A DNA stretch of 64,000 nt, from assembly GCF_009914755.1 (NCBI RefSeq), contig NC_060938.1; one strand, written 5' to 3'. The position numbers and the translations under genes were made by a program. The notes below the pieces were generated by a model. That model ran no database searches and had not been told where the DNA came from. It was given only the letters and a program-made list of their open reading frames with translations. Numbering within the stretch: position 1 is the first letter of the stretch; each line of letters begins with the position of its first letter. Source of the stretch: the human T2T-CHM13v2.0 reference genome, Homo sapiens. Below are positions 53,008-64,000 of the stretch, piece after piece.

Positions 53008-55117
53008 ACCTGTTTGGAGTGTTTTTGAGCTGTCATGCTTTTCAGGTTCAGCTTAAAGCTCAGATGGGAAATACAGGAACTTCTGCAGGTTAATTCTGGT
53101 TCTAAGTTCAAGTCCTAAGAATAAGCCCATTATGCAATTCTGGGTGGCCAAGCAGTTCTCCAGCAGCCCCCAGGAAGTATTCTATCTCACAGAATCCTGG
53201 CAAAAGGAGACAGTCTTCTCAGTCTGGTCAAGGGCTATGTTGAGTGTGAGGGAACAGAGGTGAATGTCCCTTGCTGTGCTCACCATGTTCTGAGAGACAG
53301 GCAGACAAAGCGTAATTTACAATTTGATTAAGTGATTGCATTGGTGACTTTTTAAAGCCGCCCAGTAGTTGAGCCCCCTTTCTGCATTTGGAAGTTTACC
53401 CGTATGAGTCTAAAAGGGAGACAGGGCCCTCATTCCATGACTGAGGCCCCCAAAGTCTAGTCTCACTTTCCTCAGTCTCAGTGAGCCACAGAAGCCAGGC
53501 TCAGTGTCTGGGAGGAGAAATCCTCTCTGATGGTGGCAGGGGTGGGGACAGCAGCCCCGCTGGGCCCTGTGGGGACAGTCCCAGCAGCAGACAGTCCCAG
53601 TTGGGCTTATCCTGTGATGTTGGCCTCACTGTCTTGGCAGCCTCTGGCATTTCTGTTCTCTGTTCATCTTCCACATATGGTTCTCAGGTTCACTCATCAA
53701 ATCCCTTCCCATTTCACCCAATCAATAATGCTGAACTAATAATGGTTTTTAGAGCAGGGAAGTGGCACAATCACAACTTATTTTAAAGATAACTGACCAC
53801 TCTCTGGAGCATGGATTGGAGGATGAGTGACTCAAGGTGGGGTGACTAGTGAGGAGGTGATGAAGGAGATGAGAGGAAAGAGGAAGAAACACTCACAGAG
53901 TAAACCTGGCCATATCTAATGACTGGAAGCCTGAGTTTCTCTTCAAACTCAGAAGAGAAAAATGAATTTATGGTTTTGGGCGCAGCTTTAGTTTTGTCTT
54001 TGGGGATGAGTATGTATTTTGTTGGGAAGGTGGATGCCCTGAAGCAGGGTTGGGAAACAAGATTAGAGGTTTTTGAATAAGACTGTGTTTGAATACAGCT
54101 TGGCTATGGTCTTCTCCATTTCAAGTCTGTTCAACTTAACAAATATTGAGCCCTTACTAGGTGTCAGACATTCTTGGGTATTTAGAATACAGTATATTTT
54201 GATTTTGGTGTTGAAAAAGGTGTGGAGGTATGCAGGGAAAAATCTCACATGCTTTTACCTACACACACACACATTCACGCAACACAAAGTGCACGCACAT
54301 ATTGGTCTTGAAATTCCCCAAGGACCAAAATGGACCCATGTGATGAGTCTGTGTTATAACAGGGAATCTACCGTAGGTTCTTGGCTACCTTTTGTGAACC
54401 TTCTGTCTTCTTTCCTCTCACTTACAAGTAATCCCCTGAGTTTTTACCTCCTGAACCCTGTGATTTCAAGGGTTCACAACTAAATGCTTCTTATGCTGAG
54501 CAAATGTATACACTGCTAAAACCATATACTCACTCCTTGTGGTGTGTTTGTTAGGAAGCTGCCACTTCTGTCTTCTCCATTCTTTGGAAAAGGCTGTGAG
54601 TAAACACAGAGCACTGGCTATTTACATACCTAGCTCCTGCTTGCTTTTTCAAAGCTCTTTGTTCAAGTGTCAGTGCTGGTTTGTAAAACATGAACAGAGT
54701 TGGGGTAAAAAAAGTAATTACAGTTCAAATCTGGTGTTTCTACTGACATGATACTGAGCTGCCTGACTGCTCTTCTTTCTTATCCCTTCTCTAGTTCTGT
54801 CTTTTCAGTTGCAAGTTCACTCTGTCTCTGTCTCCCCTCTCTCTCCCTTGCTCTCACTCTCATTCTCTTGCTTGCTCTTCTGTGTGTCAGAAAGCTACAC
54901 ACATGAAAGGTAGCTGGCCTCATAGCCACTGGGTAGCCCATCCTTGAGAGCCTGGCCACCTTCAGTGTGTCGAGATGCCAGGGCCCTCTATGGCTTTTTG
55001 CACAGGGAAGTTCTAGTGTTTTCAGTTTCCAGAGCCCACAATGAGCTGTCCTCCAAATCCAGATCTAAAACCAAACCTTCTCTTGGATCAGACCAATCCA
55101 GAAGCACTCTATAGTTT

Positions 55118-55202
55118 CAGGGGTGTCCAATCTTTTGACTTCCCTGGGCCACAGTGGAAGAAGAAGAATTGTCTTAGGCCACACATATAATACACTAACA
55201 CT
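55118..55202. mobile_element. MER30 MITE terminal fragment
   Basis: CAGGGGTGTCCAATCTTTTGACTTCCCTGGGCCACAGTGGAAGAAGAAGAATTGTCTTAGGCCACAC. Confidence 0.88.
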
Positions 55203-55461
55203 GAGATATAGAGTAAGCTCAGTTGTTGACATAGCAAGTTTGAAATTACAGCAGAACTTCCAGAAAACATCACACCAGAGTTTTCTATCCTTCCAACTAT
55301 ATTTTACATTTTTTGCTTTCAGAGGCTATGCTTCTTCTTCTTTGTTCTTCTCTTAATTCAGCCCATGAGCACATGGTAGATTATGAATGGATGCTTTAGG
55401 AACCATGTAGATGGAGGTTTGTGAAAATTTCCACGGAACATGGCAGTTGAGAATTGGTGAC

Positions 55462-57835
55462 TGATATGGTCTAGCTCTGTGTCCCTACCCAAATCTCACC
55501 TTGAATTGTAATAATCCCCATGTATCAAGGGTGAGACTAGGTGGAGACAATTAAAAAATGGGATTGGTTTCTGCCATTCTGTTCTCGTGATAGTGAGTGA
55601 GTTCTCACAAGATCCGATGGTATAAGGGGGTATAAGAGGCTACCCCTTTTGCTTGGCACTCATTCTCTATCCTACTGCCCCGTGAAGAGATGCCTTCTGC
55701 CATGATTGTAAGTTTCCTGAGGTCTCACCAGCCATGCAGAACTGTGAGCCAGTTGAACCACTTTTCTTTATAAATTACCCAGTCTCAGTTACTTCCTCAT
55801 AGCAGCATGAGAACAGACTCATGCTGGTACCACAGAGAGTAGAGTTCTGCTATAAAGATACCCAAAAATGTGAAAGTGACTTTGGAACTAGGTAACAGGC
55901 AGAGGTTGGAACATGTTGGAGAGCTCAGAAGAAAGAAGACAGGAAGATGTGGGAAAGTTTGGAACTTCCTAGAGTCTTGTTGAATGGCTTTGACCAGAAT
56001 GCTAATAGTGATATAAACAATGAAGTCCTCAGATGGGGATGAGGAACTTGGTGGGAACTGGAATAAAAGTAATTCTTGCTATACTTTAGCAAACAGACTA
56101 AATTTGCATTTCACCCCTGCCCTAGACATCTATGGAACTTTGAACTTGAGAGAGATGATTTAAGGTATCTGGTGGAAGAAATTTCTAAGCAGCAAATCAT
56201 TCAAGAGGTGACTTGGGTGTTCTTAAAAGCATTCAGTTATATGTATTCACAAAGATATGGTTTGGAATTGGAACTTATATTTAAAAGGTAAGCAGAGCAT
56301 AAAAGTTTGGGAAATTTGCAGCCTGACGATGCGATAGAAAAGAAAAACCCATTTTCTGAGGAAAAGTTCAAGTCAGCTGAAGAAATTTGCATAAGTAATG
56401 AGGAGCCAAATGTTAATCACCAAGACAGTGGGGAAAACGTATCCAAGATATTCAGAGATCTTCATGGCAGTCCCTCCCATTACAGGACTAGAGGCCAAGG
56501 AGGAAAAAATGGTTTCATGGATTGGGCCCAGGGCCTTGCTGCTTTGTGCAGTCTCAGAACTTGGTGCTCTGCATCCCAGCTGTGGCTAAAAGGGGCCAAT
56601 GTAGAGCTCAGGCCATTGCTTCAGAGGGTACAAGCCCCAAGCCTTGGCAGCTTACATGTGGTGTTGGGCCTGTGGGTGCACAGAAGTCAAGAATTTAGGT
56701 TTGGTAACCTCCACCTAGATTTTAGCAGATGTATGGGAATGCCTGGATATCCAGGCAGAAGTTTGCTGCAGGGGCGAAGCCCCTATGGCGAACCTCTGCT
56801 AGGGCAGTGCAGAAGGGAAATGTGGGGTCTGAGCTCCCACACAGAGTCCCCACTGGGGCACTGCCTAGTGAAGCTGTGAGTAGAGGACTAGCATCCTCCA
56901 GACTTCAGAATGGTAGATTCTCTAATAGGTTACACCATACACTTGGAAAAGCTGCAGGGACTCAATGCCAGCCAATGAAAGCAGCCGAAAGAGGGGCTGT
57001 ATCCTGCAAAGCCACAGGGGTGGAGCTGCCCAAGGCTATGTGAGCCCACCTCTTGCATCAGCATGCCCTGGATGTTAGACACAGAGTCAAAGGAGATAAT
57101 TTTGGAGCTTTAAGATTTAACTGCCCCGCTGGATTTTGGACTTGCATGGGACCTGTAGCCCCTTCGTTTTGGCCAGTTTCTCCCATGTGGAATAGGTGTA
57201 TTCACCCAATGCCTGTAACCCCATTGTATCTAAGAAGTAACTAACATGCTTTTTATTTTACAGGCTCATAGGTGGAAGGGATTTGCCTTGTGTCAGATGA
57301 AACTTTGGACTTCAAATTTTGAGTTAATGCTGGAATGAGTTAAGACTTTGGAGGACTGTGGGAAGGGCATGACTGTTTTTTGAAATGTGAGGATTAAGCA
57401 TAAAATAATGGCAAACCGCACAAGAATTATTACAATTCAAGGTGAGATTTGGGAGGAGCCAGGGACAGAATGATATGGTTTGCCTCTGGGGCCCCACCCA
57501 AATCTCACCTTGAATTATAATAATTCCCACATGTCAAGGGTGGGACCAGGTGGAGACAATTGAATCATGAGGGTGGTTTCTGCCATGCTGTTTTCATGAT
57601 AGTGAGTGAGTTCTCATGATATCTGATGGTTTTATAAGGGGCTTCCCTGTTTGCTTGGCACTCATTCTGTCCCCTGCCGCCCTGTGAGGAGGTGACTTTT
57701 GCCATGATTGTAAGTTTCCTGAGGCCTTCTCAGCCATGTGGAACTGTGAGTCAATTAAACCTCTTTTCTTTGTACATTTATAAATTACCTAGTCTCAGGT
57801 ATTTCCTCATAGTAGCGCAAGCACAGACTAATACA
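55462..57835 (+). mobile_element. THE1 (THE1C/D-like) MaLR, two LTRs plus internal region
   Basis: 5'LTR 55462-~55822; internal region ~1.65 kb ending in a purine tract; 3'LTR 57471-57835 (TGATATGG ... CTAATACA); degenerate TSD GTGAC/ATGGC. Confidence 0.95.
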
Positions 57836-58097
57836 ATGGCCAAGAAGTGATCATAGGATGGTAATATAATAAACACATGGAGGGGAAAGTGAGTGTAGTT
57901 GCAGGTTTTCAGGAGAAAATCTGAAAGGGGTGACCAAAAATGAGTACCTGAATGATGCAGCTTTTTGAAAAAGTCTATTTGTAGGTCATTAACAAATTGA
58001 GATTCAGGAAATCATTGTATGGTTTAAATAGGATAAAATTTTTCACTAGAATGCTTGATCTCTGGGGATTCCCAGAAGCCCGTTCATGAAAGTGGTT

Positions 58098-58350
58098 CAT
58101 TCATGCAACAAATATTTTAACAAATGCCAAGTATGTTGTAGAATTATTTTAGGTGCTAGGAAAACAGCAGTGGATAAAACAAAAATTCCTTAGAGTTTAT
58201 ATTCTAATGGCGAGTCATAAGTAATCTACAAAATAAATAAATATACAGTATTCTAGATGATGGTAAGTGTTTTAAAGGAAAAATGAAACAACAAATAGTG
58301 ATAGTACAAGCGGGGGTGGTGGTGATAATTTCAAGTTTAGGTAGGGTAAA
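58098..58350 (-). mobile_element. L2a 3' end
   Basis: TTCATTCATGCAACAAATATTT ... TAGGTGCTAGG ... TAGAGTTTATATTCTA. Confidence 0.8.
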
Positions 58351-58929
58351 GAAGAAGACATGGATAGACAGGAAGCCCAGATATAGCATAGTATTCCAGG
58401 GACCAAAGCAAGATGTTCAGGAAACTAGAGGCCTCAAATTCTCCTACTGCAATCTGACTTTGTACCCCAATTAACAGTGACAGCATACTGCTTTAAAATA
58501 GGAAATAAAGTGGAAGGAAAGCAAATGCTTGATAGTTGACCTGACATTCACTGTTGCAAGATTGGGAACGTACAATAAATGTCACTGATGGAGAAATATT
58601 CATGAAGTAAAAATGTCAGTTTTCAATTTGGCATGAGGATGGTTTGACATGTATTAGTCATGCACAGAATATTATCATAATTAATGCATTAATAATACAG
58701 CTGTCCTTTTTCTCCCAATCATAAGTTAAAAGGGAGGAAATAGAGGCAAGTGAAAGAGCAGCTCTCATCCTGATCAGACCTTTTCTCTTGGCATTTGTCT
58801 CTTCCTCTGCCCAGCCATTTCTGTGGCATTGGCTTCTGATCAGTATCAGTCTTGATTTATCCATCTCAGTTCTTCCTTCACCTTTCATGAACAACACCAG
58901 TGGTTTTGTCTGCTGAGGGCTTTTTCCTT

Positions 58930-59560
58930 AATTTTCAGCCATACTTTAAAAAATATTTTAAAAGAGAGAGATATATATAGTAAAAATGAGACATAAGCAA
59001 AATCAAGAATATAAAAATCTCCCATAAGCTCACTACCCAGAGAAAACTACTATTACTATTTTGGTGTTTGTACTGATCTCGGATAGCTGGCGCTGGGATG
59101 ACTCAGGGGATTTGATTCTTCTCCACTGTTTCTCATTCTCCAGCAGGCTGGCCCTAGCCTATTCTCATGTCATTGGCAGAGGCACGGGCAAGCTTATTCT
59201 CACACCTGCTTTTTAAGTCTCTATTTGTGTCACATTCACTAACATCACAAAGCAAATCATGTGATTAAGCCCAGTGTCAAGGGGCGGAACATTCTGTCCT
59301 ACCCATAGTTGGAAGGTACTGCAGGGTTATGTGGCAAAGGGAAGGGTGAAAACTTGGGGCAAAATTTGCGACTTCCTATACTGGGTCAAAAGACACCCTT
59401 GTTTCAAGGCTTATGATAGATGTTTCCAAATTGCTTTCTAGAAGGGCTGAACCAACCCCACTAATGGTATAAGACTTCCTGGCTTTCCAGTTCTCTTTAG
59501 TCTTGCTGATTCTGGGAATGATTTATGACCTTCTGTCTGGGCTGTTTTGATTTGTATCTC
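58930..59560 (-). mobile_element. L1ME fragment with a nested MLT1I/J LTR piece (~59080-59382)
   Basis: L1ME-like CCCATAAGCTCACTACCCAGAG and TTCCAAATTGCTTTCTAGAAGG; MLT1-like TCTCCAGCAGGCTGGCC, GCAAATCATGTG. Confidence 0.6.
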
Positions 59561-59999
59561 CACCTGTCTTTTAAGGCTGCACAGTTTTTCTTTGTGGTAA
59601 TTCTTTACTTGCAGAATACCCCCAAAGCTCCCTAAGACTCTGGTCTACTTACCTTCTTCATCCTGATTTCTTCTGCCTGCTTTATCTAACACTTGTGCTG
59701 ACCAACTCCCAGCTATCTGAATATTCAGTAATCCATGTAGGCCTACTCCCCAAGTGTTCTAAGTTGGTAGGAGTTACTACACATCTTTTAACTTTGCTGC
59801 CTACACCAGCAGTAATGTAATTGTTGGTCCTCATTATTCCCAGAATATTGGAATTTTTAGGGTCAGAAAAGAGCTCAGAATCCAATCTCATTTTTATACA
59901 ATATTATTCCAAAGATGTATGGGTATTTGTGTAGATGAAGATAAGGGTATAGATAGAAATTTGCATAGAAAAAAGGTTGAAAGGCATTGCCATTGTTAA

Positions 60000-60290
<291 letters not shown>

Positions 60291-62254
60291 ATAGGTGAAT
60301 TTTAAAAAATCTTTAATGTTGCGTACAGAAACTGAGGGTCACAGAAGTTAAATAACTCACCTCATATCCTAAAGATTAATAATAGTGAAACTGACTAATG
60401 CCCAGTTCTGCTGATTCCTGGTTTAATGCTCTCTTGAGATAATACCACAGTATGATCTCTGAGGCCTAGCTGTCTTTTGTTTGATTGTTTGTATCCAAGC
60501 TGTATTGGCAGTTTCTTTTGGTTTTATAAGAGTGCTCTGCTGATTGTGGGTTCACAGGGAAATAAAGAATGTTTTTTAAATGATTGAGTCATCTAAGTCA
60601 GCTATGTAAATGTATATATATATATACACACATATATGTAATATCTGTATGCATAAATTACCATGACTTCAAAATTTGACAAATGGTTCAGGTAAATAGT
60701 GGATTTTATCTTTTAAATCACATTAAGGCTCCCAAGTGGATGCATCCTGAGTTCTGGACACATAATTTATCATAGGCATCACATGGATTTTATGTAATTA
60801 TATTAATTATTTAGTACATACAAAGGTAAGCTCTGCAGAATTAGAATAGAATCGGATAAGTTTTTAGGGAGATCTAAATTGGTAAGATTGATCAAATTTC
60901 TTGCTATGAGTAATTGAAGGTGGGTCACTGTGATGGAGTGTTCTTCACTGGAGCTAAGCTTCACTAGAGCTATTCGGAGTAATTGGGGACTGGTTAGGAG
61001 ACCAATGCATCAACATCTGTCTATAGGAAGTATGGATTCATCTGCTTTGAAATGAGTCTTTAGTTTGTTTCCTGCTTGTTCTTTATTTCTTTTTCACCTG
61101 AATGCTCTTTCAAGAATATTCAAAAACACAAAAACAAAAACTTTTCCCCTGGAGAGTGGGGATTAGCTCAAGAATCACCATGATGATGAGAAGCAGAAAA
61201 CCTGGTTTGGAGAGTCCTGGACCTGGAGAACACCAAAAAGATGTTAGCATCTTGAGTATATTGTTCTGATCTAAAGTCAGATGTTAAATTTTTTACTCAC
61301 TTAGGGCTGTCTGTGAGACTTTGCGGATCACAGAGAGAATAGACACTGAGAAATGAACGTGAACTAGTGGGTACAAAGGAAAGGGCACCCGAGGCTGCTT
61401 CATCAAGCTAGAGGAGTGGGAATCTCAGCCCCTGAGAATGAGCATCTACAGGCTCTTTTTTCCTAGTGCTTCTGTGGTGTTTGTTTTTCATTGTGCCACT
61501 TGGTTTGCAGAAAAGAAAAAAGAAAAAAAAAAAGGCTGCCCTGGAAGCTGAGGTTTTACAAGTGCTGAGAGAACTGTCAACCTATTATAGAATTCAGACA
61601 GAGACTTTCAGCTAGAGAGGGTTTAGGTATTCTGTGCCTGGCTGGACTCTAGGGACTCACGCTTGATCATACTAGGATTCAAGAACAACGCAGTTGTCAC
61701 TGTTAGCCCATGATCCCACACGTACCCAGACACATTCTCTCACGGCAAGTACATCTGCACCTGGATGCCTTCTACTAGTATGACATACTTAAAAGTATCT
61801 TGGATATGCCTTAAAGATCATTGTTGGCTGCTTCTTGATGGCAAAGTGCTCAGTTAGAGCCAGTTTAAACACATGTCACCAGAACTGAATAAATAGATTT
61901 TGATAAAACTGATTCAGTGAATATCTCCCTTAGGGCGAAGCTCAGCCTTCTCCACTTCACTGGTGCTATGAAAATCACTAGTCCTCATTTCCAAGCTGTG
62001 TCTGAATTCAGATTTAACTGCTAACCATTGTTTAAGACCGCAGTGAGATCCACAGGGTAGTCTCAAGGTGTGATTAAGACACTTGGGAGTGGTGGTGGTT
62101 AAAAAAAAAAAAAAAATAGAGCCAAAGTGTAAGGAGGCAAGCTGGAGGCACGTGGTTATATGAGGAGAAAAATTGCAGTGAGGCCTTCTCATCACCCTCT
62201 TCAGGGTCAATGTGATGGCTTCGTAGAATCAAGTGCAAGTCTGTGGCTCCATTA

Positions 62255-62375
62255 TCTCAACTGGCTAGAAGAGAGTGCTACTAAGGCAGAGGTGGGAGCA
62301 TGAAAGTTCACCTAATAGCTTAGTTTTGTTAAGTCTCATTGCCACAGTCTGCACCTTATCCTGATGTTCTCACTG
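62255..62375 (+). mobile_element. MamSINE1-like tRNA-derived SINE remnant
   Basis: GGCTCCATTATCTCAACTGGCTAGA ... GTGCTACTAAGGC tRNA-Ile-like head, then GCCACAGTCTGCACC. Confidence 0.55.
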
Positions 62376-62449
62376 GAAAATAACTAGCCTAGTTCCTGAG
62401 AAGGAATTGTGAACAGGGCATTGCCTGTTTGTCAAAAAGTTATTTAAAG

Positions 62450-62640
62450 TCACTCCAGCTCCTCACTTAACCTCTCTATGCCTGTTTCCTCTTCTCGAAA
62501 ATTACAGTAATAATTATTACAGTAATAATAGAATAGTACCTATCTCATAGGCTTTTTGGGAGGATTAAATGAGTTAATAATCTGAAGATATTGAAAACCA
62601 CACCTGTCATGTGGTAAGTGGTCTTCAAATGCTAATTGTT
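62450..62640 (+). mobile_element. MIR SINE with a 15-bp internal duplication
   Basis: TCACTTAACCTCTCTATGCC core; ATTACAGTAATAAT x2; GAGGATTAAATGAGTTAAT. Confidence 0.8.
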
Positions 62641-63554
62641 TTTATCTTTATTAACTGCCATACCCATGTTTGATTGGCAGCTACATCTTGTATGAGTCTT
62701 TAATATTTCATCTGTAATTTCTGGGTTGCTCCTGCCACAGAGAAGGAGCAAGGGAGCCATTGGTACTACTGATGAATATTAGGAGGTGGAGACACCTTGA
62801 CAACTGCTGAAATGTACTCATGCCTGCCTGCTTGCCCTAACTGCACTTAGTGGCCTGGATTTAGGAGCTGCCAATCTCATTACACACCAGTTTTCATGAC
62901 TATCCTCAACTTACTCCTTTCTTACCACTGCTCAGCACTTATCCTAAGTTGACACCAGGCTCATTGGTAATCATGGACTCACTTCTCCCATCTGAAGTAT
63001 TCTTGAGTTGGCTCCCAAGAAGCATTCTCTCTTCATCTCCAACTCAAGGGTGAGCTCCTTTTCGTGGAGGAACTACCCTGTGTGTCCTTTCCCTCCCTCT
63101 CTCCATCACCATCAGCATTCAATTCAGTATTCTGCACACACAGGAGTTTAGTCTCAATTTAAGGTAGGTCAGGTTTCATTCACCCTTGAGCTCCCCTTAG
63201 CACCCACTACAGACTCATTGGAGAGGTGACTATTAGAGGTGCTTGTGGAAATGAATCTCAAATAGTGTCCTTCTGCCTGAGTCCTTCATTGAATCCCTCA
63301 CTTGTATACATGATTCATACTCTGGTAGCTTTGATCATTGTACAAAAGAAAAGTAGTAACTCTTCTTTGGGGCCAGGCCAGGACTGTGGAGCCCAAAGGG
63401 CTTTTGTCATCCCTCCTGGAATGGAGTTACCTGATCTGGATATTGGAATGTTTACATCCTTAGTCCTTGAAAAGGGGAAAAGTTATGCTTATCCTCAATT
63501 GTTTACCATGACCCTTCCTGTCACATCATACTGTTCTACGAACACAAGAATCAT

Positions 63555-63740
63555 GGCTAACATTTGTAAACCATCTACTATATGCCAGGTACTCTATAAT
63601 GGAAGGTATTTTACATAAACTTTTTATTTAAGTCTGTGAATTAGGTATAATTCAATGCATTTTTAAAGTTAAAGAAACTGAGGCTTAGAGAGCTACTTGA
63701 CCAAAATCACAAGGCTACTAATTAGTACAAGCCATTTGAT
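63555..63740 (-). mobile_element. MIR SINE
   Basis: GGCTAACATTT ... TATGCCAGG ... AAGAAACTGAGGCTTAGAGAG. Confidence 0.8.
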
Positions 63741-63791
63741 CTAATACTAACACTAACTTGTTGTAACTAGCTTGTCTTGCTCTTAACTTCT

Positions 63792-64000
63792 TATCTCAGT
63801 CCATTTGTGCTGCTGGAACAAAATACCACAGACTGAATAATTTATAAATAATGGAAACTTATTTCTCACAGTCCTGGAGTCTGGGAAGTCCAAGATCCAG
63901 GTGCTGGCACGTTTCATGTCTGCTGAGGGCTGCTCTCTGCTTCCGGGACGACAGCTTGTTGCTACTTCCTCCTAAGGGGAGGCATACTGTGTCCTCACAT
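63792..64000 (-). mobile_element. MSTD/MLT1A-type LTR, cut by the window end
   Basis: TCTCAGTCCATTTGTGCTGCT ... ATTTCTCACAGTCCTGGAGTCTGGGAAGTCCAAGATC. Confidence 0.88.

Noticed and set aside
56307-56879. 190-aa ORF
   Set aside because: Lies within THE1 internal sequence; a decayed MaLR reading frame, not a host gene
62255-62330. tRNA gene
   Set aside because: Too degenerate (no intact B-box or acceptor stem) and continues into a SINE-like body

Overview
This is non-coding, repeat-rich genomic DNA from a simian primate, most likely human or great ape. It looks like a large intron or an intergenic region, and I cannot name the locus. I found no credible host protein-coding exon, RNA gene, CRISPR array or prokaryotic feature. 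The main elements are a full-length but dead L1PA6-type LINE-1 (19177-25397, minus, with TSDs) and a two-LTR THE1 MaLR element (55462-57835). There are also 13 Alu units, several solo MaLR/ERVL LTRs, hAT MITEs (MER5, MER96B, MER30), old L1M, L2 and MIR fragments, and two probable MamSINE1 remnants. I see no evidence of a new biological system. The most interesting signals are molecular-evolution footprints: (1) an ancient L1ME with a twin-priming-type 5' inversion; (2) a 4x17-bp expansion inside the ZNF93-target segment of the L1 5'UTR; (3) a truncated L1 ORF0; (4) a 30-bp fold-back duplication at the THE1 PPT/3'LTR junction; (5) a mosaic tandem Alu array suggesting gene conversion; (6) four Alus truncated at consensus nt 35-41; and (7) an Alu tail replaced by a ~215-bp purine/pyrimidine tract. 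Several repeat-free, motif-rich islands could be enhancers. Subfamily calls are by eye against remembered consensus sequences, and boundaries of old repeats are approximate.
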